64,000 nt of DNA from an uncultured Acidobacteriota bacterium (GTDB lineage Bacteria; Actinomycetota; Acidimicrobiia; Spongiisociales; ZC4RG35), in contig CAWHEU010000025.1 of assembly GCA_963828465.1 (NCBI GenBank), positions 1-64,000 on the forward strand, read 5' to 3'. Each line of letters starts with the position of its first letter. Positions within the stretch are counted from its first letter, which is position 1. Position numbers and translations under genes: made by a program. Positions 42,086 to 50,979 of the stretch are shown piece by piece. Under the pieces are notes generated by a model. The model had not been told where the DNA came from. It searched no databases and saw nothing but the letters and a program-made list of their open reading frames with translations.

Positions 42086-43258
42086 GTGCAGTCCCCCAAC
42101 ACTCATCTCTACCCCCGATTCAGCGACGTCGAGGTCGAAAGGCGGCGAGCGCTCGTCGGGGAGTTCATGGAAGAGCGCGAGCTCGACGGTTTGGTCGTCT
42201 TCGGCTGGTCGGCACAGAACCGCACCGCCCAGGCCGACGTCTATTACCTCTCCGGCTACCTCGGGATGCGGGACAACTATGTCGTCCTCTCCGCCGGGGG
42301 CGAGACGACACTCTTCGCCCAGAGCTACAACCACGTCCCGAACGCAACCGAGGTCTCCTTTCTCGACGATGTGAGATGGGGTGGCGTCGACAACGGCGAG
42401 ACGGTTGGTGAGGAGCTTGTTCGACGGGGGCTTGGCAAAGTTGGAGTCGTCGGGTGGATGCCATATCAGCAACACGCCTCGATGAGGCGGACGACCGGCG
42501 AACAGTGCCAGTTCGAGGATGTAACGCCCGCGTTCCGCAAGATCCGGCTGAAGAAGAGCCCCGAGGAGCTCGAGTGGCTACAACGGGGAGCTGCCTTCAC
42601 CGATGCAGCCCTGGCCGGGTTGCGTGACGCGTTGAAGCCCGGGATCAGGGAGTACCAGCTGGCCGCGGCGATAGAGACGTCCTATCTAGCCGACGGTGGG
42701 ACGACCGGCTTCTACTACCTGGCCTCCACTCCGATGAGCCAACCCGAACGCTGCGTTCCGGCACAGGTGCTCTCCAATCGGGTGATCGAGACCGGCGACG
42801 TTGTGACGTGCGAGATCGCCATCGCCTATGCCGGTTACGCCGGTCAGTGCCTCCGCACATTCACCGTGTCAGCCGATCCAACGCCCCAGATCGCGGAGCT
42901 TCACGCGACCGCAGAAGACGTCTATCACGGCGTGGCGGATGCGATTCGCACCGGCGCGGGAATCGAGGATGTGTGGGAGGCATCGGACGCCATCTCGGAA
43001 CGGGGATTCACGATCAGGGACGGCCTGGTGCACGGTTACGGAATCGGTCTTCTCCCCCCATCGATCCGAACCAGGGAAACGACTCACGGCGTAGACGACG
43101 ATTGGGTCTTCGAGGCAGGCCAGACGATCGTCATCCAGCCCAACGTGATCTCACCGGACGAGACAGTCGGCGTCCAGGTCGGCGAGCTCTGCGTGGTCAC
43201 CGACGATGGGGCACGCTCGCTCCACTCCTACCCGTTCGAGCTGGTCAGGGCGGGCTGA
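42086..43258 (+). CDS. M24 (creatinase/aminopeptidase P) family protein with non-canonical metal ligands
   Basis: Creatinase_N-like domain (YYLSGY), IRLKKSPEE, PGIREYQL, LVHGYG. Confidence 0.85.
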   Translation: MQSPNTHLYPRFSDVEVERRRALVGEFMEERELDGLVVFGWSAQNRTAQADVYYLSGYLGMRDNYVVLSAGGETTLFAQSYNHVPNATEVSFLDDVRWGGVDNGETVGEELVRRGLGKVGVVGWMPYQQHASMRRTTGEQCQFEDVTPAFRKIRLKKSPEELEWLQRGAAFTDAALAGLRDALKPGIREYQLAAAIETSYLADGGTTGFYYLASTPMSQPERCVPAQVLSNRVIETGDVVTCEIAIAYAGYAGQCLRTFTVSADPTPQIAELHATAEDVYHGVADAIRTGAGIEDVWEASDAISERGFTIRDGLVHGYGIGLLPPSIRTRETTHGVDDDWVFEAGQTIVIQPNVISPDETVGVQVGELCVVTDDGARSLHSYPFELVRAG

Positions 43259-43267
43259 ACCCCCCGC

Positions 43268-44254
43268 TCATCCACCCGGAGCGATCGGCTTGATCGAGTT
43301 CACATCGCCGACGACGGTGCCGACGCCGGCGGCAGCCGCCCGCTCGAGGAGCTCGGCCGCCACGATGAGATCCTGAGCGCCGGTACCCACCGACTTGAAG
43401 AGCGTCATCTCCTCCGGCTGGCCCCTGCCCGGTGTATCACCGGCCACAAGGCTGGCCAGGTCTTCGGCGTGCTCGGGCTGGAAGCCGTGGTTCGACACAG
43501 CCTGATATGCGTCGCCGGCCTCATCGAAGACCAGTGAGGCCGAGTCGCAAACGACCCGATCGAAGGAGTCGAAGATCCCGGGGTCGATCTCGACACGATC
43601 CCTGCTGGCCGGCCCCACCGAATTCACATGTATGCCGGGGTGGAGATGCTCGGCCCGAAGCACGGGGGCCGTCGCCTTGGTGGCGAGTGTGATCATCTCG
43701 GCACCCCGGAGGGCATCCTCGAGGGTCGGTGAGTCGACGAGACGACCGGAGACGAACCGCGACATCTCATCCACGAACGCTCGCCGGTTCTCCGGAGTCC
43801 TGGCGAACACGTGAACTTCGGCCGCAGGCCGCACAAGCTCGAGTGCGCGAAGCTGGCCCCGGGCCACCGGCCCGGTGCCCACGATGGCCGCTACTCCCAC
43901 ATCTCGGGGCGTGAGAAGGTCGGTGGCAAGGGCGGACACGGCACCGGTGCGAAGGTTGGTGATTTCCAGGGCATCGACGATGCCGATCAACTCTCCGGTG
44001 CTGAGCCGATGAACGTAGATCGTGTATCTCATCCCCACTCCGGTGGTCCGGTGAAGGACTTTGAACCCGAGCAGGTCCTCCCCGGCGACGAACGCGGGTA
44101 GAGAGCGAAGCCATCCCTTGGGATGGGTCAGATCGATTCGGCCAAGACCGATCTGTTCCGACCCCATCGGCAGTGAGAAAAGACGACGTATGGCGTCGAG
44201 GACCATCTCGTCATCAATCAGCTGGTCTACGTCGGCCGTATCCAGGATCCTCAT
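43268..44254 (-). CDS. Ornithine cyclodeaminase / mu-crystallin family protein
   Basis: ITNLRTGAVSA, GTGPVARGQ, HVNSVG, LFKSVGTGAQDL; start MRILDTAD. Confidence 0.88.
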   Translation of the reverse strand: MRILDTADVDQLIDDEMVLDAIRRLFSLPMGSEQIGLGRIDLTHPKGWLRSLPAFVAGEDLLGFKVLHRTTGVGMRYTIYVHRLSTGELIGIVDALEITNLRTGAVSALATDLLTPRDVGVAAIVGTGPVARGQLRALELVRPAAEVHVFARTPENRRAFVDEMSRFVSGRLVDSPTLEDALRGAEMITLATKATAPVLRAEHLHPGIHVNSVGPASRDRVEIDPGIFDSFDRVVCDSASLVFDEAGDAYQAVSNHGFQPEHAEDLASLVAGDTPGRGQPEEMTLFKSVGTGAQDLIVAAELLERAAAAGVGTVVGDVNSIKPIAPGG

Positions 44255-44256
44255 GC

Positions 44257-45279
44257 TCAGACGGGGTTGCGGCCGATGAAGAAATCCGCGAACGGCTCGT
44301 CCCCCGGTGCGATCCCGGCTTTCCGGGCACCTTCCGCCGAGGTTCTCATCTGACTCTCGGACAACTTCATTGCCGGCTGGCGGATCGGCCCTCCGTTGTA
44401 CCCGTTGAGCCAGGCCTGGAACTTCCACAGGTAGCGGTGCACGAAGTTCGATCCACCCGAGCTCATGGTCACCGAGCGAGCGTCTCGAGCCGGCTGAATT
44501 CGCCAGTAATCGCCCATGGCCTCCTCCGTCTTCCCGGCGCGGAGCATGTCGAGGAGTCGCGGGACGTACGACCCGTAGTACTCGTAGTTGCTCGTCCCCA
44601 TCCACTGCATGTCGAAGATGTCCACCCACATCGGGGCGTTGAACTCCATCGGGTCGGACAAGAGCACGTCGGCATCCTGCAGGCGTCTGAATGTCTCGTA
44701 CGTGTTCATCGTCTGCTGCCGGCCCAGCTCGTACTTGACAGCCACGATGGTGTCGATCCCGGCCAACCGGTCGAGCACGTCGGCAGGGAACCCGTGAACA
44801 TCGAGACGCCGCAGGTTGGAGTGCTCGACGACGAAGAGGACGACCGCGAGATCCGTGGCCCGGCAGATGTCGACCGTGTAGCCCTCGACCTCCTGCGCCG
44901 ATGAGGGATAAAAGCTGTTCGGGTGCCCGAGCAGCAGTCCGTCGACACCAAGGGCGCGAGCGTCGTTGGCCATGTCGATGATGTCGCCGGGCGTGTCGAA
45001 CACCCCCTGCAGCAGGAAGCGATGCTCCCCCGACGCCTCGTCGAGGGCGATCTCCATGAATGTGCGCATCTCGTCGAGAGTCGTGCCCGCCTCGGAGACG
45101 AGAAGGGCGCCCCAGAACCCGAGCTCGATGTTGCGTCGCACATCGTGGCGAATCGCGGCCTCGTTCAGCGACCTGAGATCCGATGTATATGAGGGGATGA
45201 TCACATTGCATGCCCCATGGAACGTCTCCCTCGCCCAGGCCTTGGCCTCTCCTCTGGTGTATTCAGGCTGCTTCGGCAT
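44257..45279 (-). CDS. DapA/NAL-family class I aldolase-like protein (atypical)
   Basis: TIM-barrel pattern NVIIPSY..LNEAAIRHDV, Schiff-base Lys in IVAVKYE, GGPIRQP. Confidence 0.75.
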   Translation of the reverse strand: MPKQPEYTRGEAKAWARETFHGACNVIIPSYTSDLRSLNEAAIRHDVRRNIELGFWGALLVSEAGTTLDEMRTFMEIALDEASGEHRFLLQGVFDTPGDIIDMANDARALGVDGLLLGHPNSFYPSSAQEVEGYTVDICRATDLAVVLFVVEHSNLRRLDVHGFPADVLDRLAGIDTIVAVKYELGRQQTMNTYETFRRLQDADVLLSDPMEFNAPMWVDIFDMQWMGTSNYEYYGSYVPRLLDMLRAGKTEEAMGDYWRIQPARDARSVTMSSGGSNFVHRYLWKFQAWLNGYNGGPIRQPAMKLSESQMRTSAEGARKAGIAPGDEPFADFFIGRNPV

Positions 45280-45297
45280 GGCCCGGACTGTATTCGC

Positions 45298-45345
45298 ACA
45301 AACGTATGCGCTGCTAGCGTCGGGTCATCTGGTGCAATCCATTGC
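45298..45345. promoter_or_regulatory. Two class B operator-like sites (ACAAACGTATGC at 45298; GCAATCCATTGC at 45334)
   Basis: Both lie in the 112-bp divergent gap between the two DapA-like genes. Confidence 0.6.
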
Positions 45346-45391
45346 GGAAACTCACGGCCCTGATCCGTGAGGAGAGAGGAGGTCACCGAAC

Positions 45392-46375
45392 ATGACTGCG
45401 CTGAGCCCCGCCAAGGAGACGGCGTTCGAAAAGATCACCGGGCTTTGGATCGCGATTCCCACCCCGTTCACACCATCGGGGGAGATCGACGAGGGGACGC
45501 TTCGCAAGACCGTCGACTACTACATCGACGGCCTGGCAGTGGATGGCATCTTCTGCGGTGGGGTGATGGGCGAGTTCTGGTCGATGACGATCGAGGAGCG
45601 GGCCCGTGTCCACGAGCTGGTGGTCGGTGCTGCTGCCGGACGGGTGCCGATCATGGCGCACATCGGGCATCACGTGTACTCGGAGGCAGCCAGATTGAGC
45701 CGGCATGCCGAGGAGATCGGCGCTGACTTCGTGATCGCGATCAACCCTTACTTCCCAATCAAGCCGACTGACGACATCGTGCGTGATTGGTACCGGCGGC
45801 TCACCTCGGAGTCCGCGGTGCCCTTCTTTCTCTTCAACACCTCCTACTCGGGGTATGCGCTGAGCCCGCAACTCATCGCCGAGCTCAGTGACCTCGAGAC
45901 CGTGTGCGGGATCAAGAATCCGAAGCCGATGGAGCATTTGCTCGAGGTCAAGGACCTGGTGGGCGACCGGATCGTGGTCTGTGACGCCGATGAGGGGGAC
46001 TGGCTCGGACTGCACCTGGATCATGGCTTCCCGGCACTGATGTCGACACCTGCTCTCGCCATGTATCAGACACCTGACCGCCGCCCCATCCTGGACTACA
46101 CACGGCTCGCTGACGCAGGGGACATCGATGGGGCCTGGGCCCTACAGAAGACCCTGGACCGGGAGCGCGATGCATTCGAGCGATGGATGCGCGACCAGTG
46201 GCTGGCACAGGGTGGCGGCGCGATCCCGATCGCCGAGCTCAAGGGCTGGCTGGGACTGATGGGCCTGCCGCAGGGGCCGGTCCGCCCGCCGCTGATCCCA
46301 CTCAGCGACCAGCGCCTGGAAGCCCTGCGTGCCGACCTGGACGGGCTCGGCTTGCTCGACTCGCTTGCTTCCTAA
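45392..46375 (+). CDS. DapA/NAL-family class I aldolase-like protein
   Basis: AIPTPF..GEIDE, GGVMGEFWSM, VCGIKN, GPVRPPL. Confidence 0.88.
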   Translation: MTALSPAKETAFEKITGLWIAIPTPFTPSGEIDEGTLRKTVDYYIDGLAVDGIFCGGVMGEFWSMTIEERARVHELVVGAAAGRVPIMAHIGHHVYSEAARLSRHAEEIGADFVIAINPYFPIKPTDDIVRDWYRRLTSESAVPFFLFNTSYSGYALSPQLIAELSDLETVCGIKNPKPMEHLLEVKDLVGDRIVVCDADEGDWLGLHLDHGFPALMSTPALAMYQTPDRRPILDYTRLADAGDIDGAWALQKTLDRERDAFERWMRDQWLAQGGGAIPIAELKGWLGLMGLPQGPVRPPLIPLSDQRLEALRADLDGLGLLDSLAS

Positions 46376-46387
46376 AGGAGGGACTCC

Positions 46388-47662
46388 GTGACACCTGGTG
46401 ATGTCGACTTCAAGGACGCCGTGGGAAAGATGCACACCGAGGTCTTCGGCCGAGTGACGAACACCCCCTGGTACTCCGACGCGGTCTATGAGCGATTCTC
46501 CGATGCCGAATACCAGCGTCGGTTCAATGCGACCCAGGAGAAGATGAAGCGGCTCGGCCTCGACGTGTTGATCGCCTCGGGCGGGCCCAATCATTGGAGC
46601 TGGGGAGGTGGGATGCGTTGGCTCAGCAACCACTGGGAGTGGCACGGCATGTCGGCGTACGCCGTGGTCCCTCCCGAGGGGGAGCCTGTTCTCATCTGCG
46701 GCCCGGGAGGGGCCCACCGTGAGGCGGTCCGACGCGCCACTCCCCTGAAGGACGTGAGGCACTCCCGCTGGGGCCACTCCGGAGATGTGATCGTCGAGTT
46801 GATCGAGGAGTGGGGCCTGGCCGACGCCACCATCGGGATCTCTTGTGTCGATCCCGTCTACGGGCATCATCTTCCCGTCGACGAGTGGGAGAGACTGCGT
46901 GACGGGCTCCCCGAGGCCACCCTGGAGCGTGTCGGGGATTTCTTCCACGAGCTGGTGCACAAGAAAAGTCCTGAGGAGATCGAATGTGTCCGCAAGGCAG
47001 GCCAGCTGATGGACCAGGCCTTCTACGCCATGTCCGCCATAGCCCGTCCCGGCGTCACCGAGTACCAGCTGGCGGCCGCCGCCACCCACGCCGTGATGGA
47101 CGGCGGTGGTCAGACCGACTTCAACATCATCGGGTCGACACCGATGAACGACCCCGGCATGGTGTTTGGCAACCCGTGGCCATCGAGCCGGCGGCTGGAG
47201 AAGGGCGACATCATCATCAATGAGCTGGCCTGCGGGTACAACGGGTACTCAGTCCAGCTGGGCACCCCGATCTGCATCGGCGAGCCGCCGGCCTGGATCC
47301 GCGACTTCTTCGACGAAGTCGTCGTCCCCGGATTCGAACTCATGGCGCAGCAGTTGGTCGGGGGCAACACCTGGGACGACGTTATGAAGGCGGGCGCCTT
47401 CTTCCGCGAAAAGGGTTACGACTCGAGGTCGCTGTATCTCCACTGCATCGACTTCGTCAGCCACCCACCACATGTGATGGTGGACCACGTCGTCGCCGGG
47501 GACGACGAGCTCGATCTAGAGGCCGGGACGGTGGCCATGCTGGAGCCGACCATCATCACACCCGACGGGCTGTTCGGGATCTTCTTCGGGCGCACCTTTG
47601 TGCTGACCGAGGGTGGTCACGAGAAGGTGACGAAGTTCCCCCATGAGCTGATCGTGGTCTGA
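46388..47662 (+). CDS. M24 (creatinase/aminopeptidase P) family protein with non-canonical metal ligands
   Basis: RFSDAEYQRR, KKSPEEIE, RPGVTEYQL, LYLHCID, MLEP. Confidence 0.85.
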   Translation: MTPGDVDFKDAVGKMHTEVFGRVTNTPWYSDAVYERFSDAEYQRRFNATQEKMKRLGLDVLIASGGPNHWSWGGGMRWLSNHWEWHGMSAYAVVPPEGEPVLICGPGGAHREAVRRATPLKDVRHSRWGHSGDVIVELIEEWGLADATIGISCVDPVYGHHLPVDEWERLRDGLPEATLERVGDFFHELVHKKSPEEIECVRKAGQLMDQAFYAMSAIARPGVTEYQLAAAATHAVMDGGGQTDFNIIGSTPMNDPGMVFGNPWPSSRRLEKGDIIINELACGYNGYSVQLGTPICIGEPPAWIRDFFDEVVVPGFELMAQQLVGGNTWDDVMKAGAFFREKGYDSRSLYLHCIDFVSHPPHVMVDHVVAGDDELDLEAGTVAMLEPTIITPDGLFGIFFGRTFVLTEGGHEKVTKFPHELIVV

Positions 47663-47677
47663 GCCGGGCCTGGGCCG

Positions 47678-48778
47678 TCAGATGATGGTGCCGCCAAGCT
47701 GGGATGCCATCCAATCGTCCACCCACGGCGCGAACTTGTAGCTCAGGTTGCTGACACCATGTGTGGCGTCGTCGACTGTGATCAGAGTTGCGTTGGGAGC
47801 TTCCTCTGCGATCCGCCGGGCATGATCGACTCCGATGAGCGGATCGAGCATCCCATGCACCACCACCAAGGGCTGCTCGATCTTGTCGGCGACACCGGTG
47901 AGGTCTAGAGCCTTCGCCTTTTCCCTGGCCTCCTCGTCTGAGGCGGACCACGAGTACTTGCGGAAGGCCCCCCTGGTGACGCCGGGCAGCTCGTCCCAGC
48001 AGTCGATCCAGTTGTACGGCCCGCAATTGGCAACGGCCGCCGTGACCCGGGGCTCGAAGGCGGCCGCCCGGCACGCGTAGTAGCCGCCGAGACTGGCCCC
48101 GATCAGACCGACCCTCGTCGCGTCGATTTCGTCTCGTCCCTCCAGGTAATCGATGGCCGCGGACACCGCTACCTCGTAGTCGTGGCGTATCGGCAGCTTG
48201 GTGCTGATCTCGCCCTGGCCGGGGCCATCGAGGCTGAGTACGGCCATGCCCCGGCGGAGCAGCGTCCCCCGACCCCCGTGACGCTGCTCTTTCGTCGAGT
48301 CGAGACCGGGAAGGAAAATAACGAGCGGGGCGGGACCGCCGCCCGTCGGGACAGAGAGGAGCCCGGCGAGGTCGGCCTCAGGGAACGGGATGCTGATCTT
48401 CTCGACCGGGGGCTGCATGAACGGGAGGACACGGTCATGACACTCGAGCATTTTGGCCAGACCGTGAGCGTGGGCCTCCTCGTCGTCGACCGAGAGGAAG
48501 TAGGACAGGTGATAACAGGCCGCCGCGCTCAGGAACGACGACACCGCGGAGATGCGTCGGCCCTCTTCCCACGCCTGCTCGCCCATCTCTTCGTGGACAC
48601 GGGCGGTGTTCATCCATTCCGGTCCCCAGTCGGGCCAGGTGCCGATTCTGTCGACAGTGGCCGTCAGGTCGCCGAGGGCGATCCCGTGGAGAAAGCGAGC
48701 GGCCCAGATATCGAGGACCTCCTGAACGAGCGGGTCCGGGTGGTGGATGGTCCGAGTGGTGGCGGGATCGACTCTCAC
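47678..48778 (-). CDS. Alpha/beta hydrolase, 2,6-dihydroxy-pseudo-oxynicotine hydrolase/FrsA-like
   Basis: PGLDSTKE, DGPGQGE, nucleophile GASLGGYY, HGMLDPLI, catalytic His in ATHG. Confidence 0.82.
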   Translation of the reverse strand: MRVDPATTRTIHHPDPLVQEVLDIWAARFLHGIALGDLTATVDRIGTWPDWGPEWMNTARVHEEMGEQAWEEGRRISAVSSFLSAAACYHLSYFLSVDDEEAHAHGLAKMLECHDRVLPFMQPPVEKISIPFPEADLAGLLSVPTGGGPAPLVIFLPGLDSTKEQRHGGRGTLLRRGMAVLSLDGPGQGEISTKLPIRHDYEVAVSAAIDYLEGRDEIDATRVGLIGASLGGYYACRAAAFEPRVTAAVANCGPYNWIDCWDELPGVTRGAFRKYSWSASDEEAREKAKALDLTGVADKIEQPLVVVHGMLDPLIGVDHARRIAEEAPNATLITVDDATHGVSNLSYKFAPWVDDWMASQLGGTII

Positions 48779-49833
48779 CGGAGGGCCCCCGCTTGCTCCA
48801 CCATCGGCGCCACCGGCACAGCCTCGCCGTTTCGCTTCGACGACTCGAGAGCGGCATGGACCACGGCGAGGGCTCTGATCGCTTCGAGGGCACCCACCTC
48901 GATCTCCGCCTCCCCTCTGATGGCGAGAGCGAACTCGTCTAACTGCTCCCGGAACATGTCGGTGTGAGGCATGTCGACGGGAGGTCGGGTCGACTCCCGG
49001 TATGCCTGGCTGACGAGAGTGCTCTTCGAGTCCACGAAATGGGACTCATCCCAGTTGTTGAAGTCGAGGTCGTAGAAGAGGTTGGCCTCCGTGCCCTGCA
49101 GGCGCAGCTGATAGACCCCTGGCGAGGCCCAGCCGGTGCCCAGATACCCGAGAGGGCCGGACTCGAACTCCAGAATCGACATGATCGCGTCCGGCACCTC
49201 CGACTTGGTGTACAGCTTGCGCGCATGGCTCGACACTGAAGCGACCGGGCCGAGGAGATACTGGAGATTGTCGGCGTGGTGGACACCGAGCTGGATCATC
49301 GCCCCGCCTGGGCTCTTGTCGGCGTACCAGCGCCAGGTGTCGGTGGTCAGCTCCAGGCCGCGCTCGTTCGAGAAGTTGGCCTCTGCGAGCGACACCTGGC
49401 CGATCTTGCCGGTCTCTATCCACTGCTTCATGGCCCGGTGCCCCCCGAGTCGTCGGGCACTGTGACCGACTGCGAAAGCTTTGCCGGATGCGGCCGCCGC
49501 TCTGGCTATCTCACCGGCGTCCTCCATCGTGTGGGCTATCGGCTTGTCGGTGTAGACGGCCTTGCCCGCATCGAGACTCTCGAGGATGACGCTCTTGTGC
49601 GTGTCATTCGGGGTGGTGACCAGCACTCCCTCGATCTCGGGGTCGGAGAGCAACTCGTCGAGGGAGGATGCCGCCCGGAGAACGCCGAACTCCTCCTGAA
49701 ACGCTGTGCGACTCTCGGGTGAGCGTGAGAAGCAGCTCGCCAGCTCGATCACCGTGCCTCGTTGTGCCCCCCTGGCGAGCACCCTGGCCCAGCGGCCCAG
49801 CCCTATGGAGGCGAGTTTGACCCGCTCACTCAT
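48775..49833 (-). CDS. Gfo/Idh/MocA family oxidoreductase
   Basis: SIGLGRWA, VTTPNDTH, YTDKPIA, MIQLGVHHAD. Confidence 0.88.
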   Translation of the reverse strand: MSERVKLASIGLGRWARVLARGAQRGTVIELASCFSRSPESRTAFQEEFGVLRAASSLDELLSDPEIEGVLVTTPNDTHKSVILESLDAGKAVYTDKPIAHTMEDAGEIARAAAASGKAFAVGHSARRLGGHRAMKQWIETGKIGQVSLAEANFSNERGLELTTDTWRWYADKSPGGAMIQLGVHHADNLQYLLGPVASVSSHARKLYTKSEVPDAIMSILEFESGPLGYLGTGWASPGVYQLRLQGTEANLFYDLDFNNWDESHFVDSKSTLVSQAYRESTRPPVDMPHTDMFREQLDEFALAIRGEAEIEVGALEAIRALAVVHAALESSKRNGEAVPVAPMVEQAGALR

Positions 49834-50215
49834 CGGTCCCCTCCTCGTCGGTCTCGAGGAGAAGGTCGAGCTCCTCGATGTTGTTGGCGAAATCGTCGTG
49901 GGGGAAGAAACACACGAGGGACATCCGCTCGTCTGGATCGGCCATGGTTGCGTGCGGCGTCCCTGCGGGAATGCGGTACCAGGTCCCCGGGCCCACGGGG
50001 TGCACCACACCGTCCAGCCAGACCCGGCCGCGACCCGCTACCACGTACACGATCTCCTCGCTCTGCGGGTGGAGATGCGGTGATCTGGTGGGAACGTGCT
50101 CGATGACGACCTGGCGCACGGTCGAAGCACCCTGGCCCGCGGTCTTGAACGGGTCGGCGGTGGACCTACCGGGAAAGTCGCGAAAATCGAGCTGGCCCGG
50201 GCCGACAACGGTCAC
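49826..50215 (-). CDS. Cupin domain protein
   Basis: PHLHPQSEEIVYVVAGRG...IPAGTPH. Confidence 0.88.
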   Translation of the reverse strand: MTVVGPGQLDFRDFPGRSTADPFKTAGQGASTVRQVVIEHVPTRSPHLHPQSEEIVYVVAGRGRVWLDGVVHPVGPGTWYRIPAGTPHATMADPDERMSLVCFFPHDDFANNIEELDLLLETDEEGTDE

Positions 50216-50979
50216 GACCCGCGTCTCCGCAGCTTCAGGATGGACTCCACCGCGGTAGCGATCTCGTCGGCCACGGTGGCGGCGAACTGCCCGGCGCGCT
50301 CTTGGTCCGCCCAGGCCGGGTTCCCATACCAGCCGTCGTCAGCGATCTCGGTCACGTCTGTGATGTAGCCGTATACCTCTCGGGAGCGACGCATTGCGTC
50401 CAATTCATCGGCGCCTTCCGGCCGGGTCGGCTCCGTCACCCGACCCGAATGGAACAGGTCCGGATCGTGGGCAAGCACCGCCAGGGTCTCGATTCCGCCA
50501 CCATGGGTGAGCTCTCCCCCTGCGGGGGCGTAGATGCGCTGCGCCGTGTAACAGGCGTGCGCGGTGACGAACAGGACATCCTCGCGGTCCTGGACGTCGG
50601 TGGCCACGGCATCGAGCGAGGCGATGTTTCCCTCGTGCCAGTTGACGAAGACGAAGGTCCTCGCCCCCATCGCCACCAACTCCTCGCACAGGTTGGCCAG
50701 GTACGCCTCGAAGACATCCCGGCGTATCGAGATCGTGCCGGGATGCCCGGCGTGGATCGGAGTGACGCCGTAGGGGCCGGCGGACACGATGATGCCATCG
50801 AGGCGCTCGGCGAGCTCCTCGGCAACGAGCTCGGCAGCCATGGTGTCGGTGCCACAGGGCAGGTGCGGCCCATGCTGCTCGACACTCCCGAATGGCATCA
50901 CCACCATGCCCTTGCGACCAATCAACTCGGCCACGTCCGGTGAAGCGAGGTCGTTGATCGATCTGCTCGACATGCTCAA
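50212..50979 (-). CDS. Creatininase family amidohydrolase
   Basis: GSVEQHGPHLPCGTD, NWHEGN, HGGGIET. Confidence 0.88.
   Translation of the reverse strand: MSMSSRSINDLASPDVAELIGRKGMVVMPFGSVEQHGPHLPCGTDTMAAELVAEELAERLDGIIVSAGPYGVTPIHAGHPGTISIRRDVFEAYLANLCEELVAMGARTFVFVNWHEGNIASLDAVATDVQDREDVLFVTAHACYTAQRIYAPAGGELTHGGGIETLAVLAHDPDLFHSGRVTEPTRPEGADELDAMRRSREVYGYITDVTEIADDGWYGNPAWADQERAGQFAATVADEIATAVESILKLRRRGS

Noticed and set aside
44255-45211. 647-aa cyclodeaminase fusion
   Set aside because: The upstream part is an Arg-rich alternative frame of the DapA-like gene; the real start is 44254.
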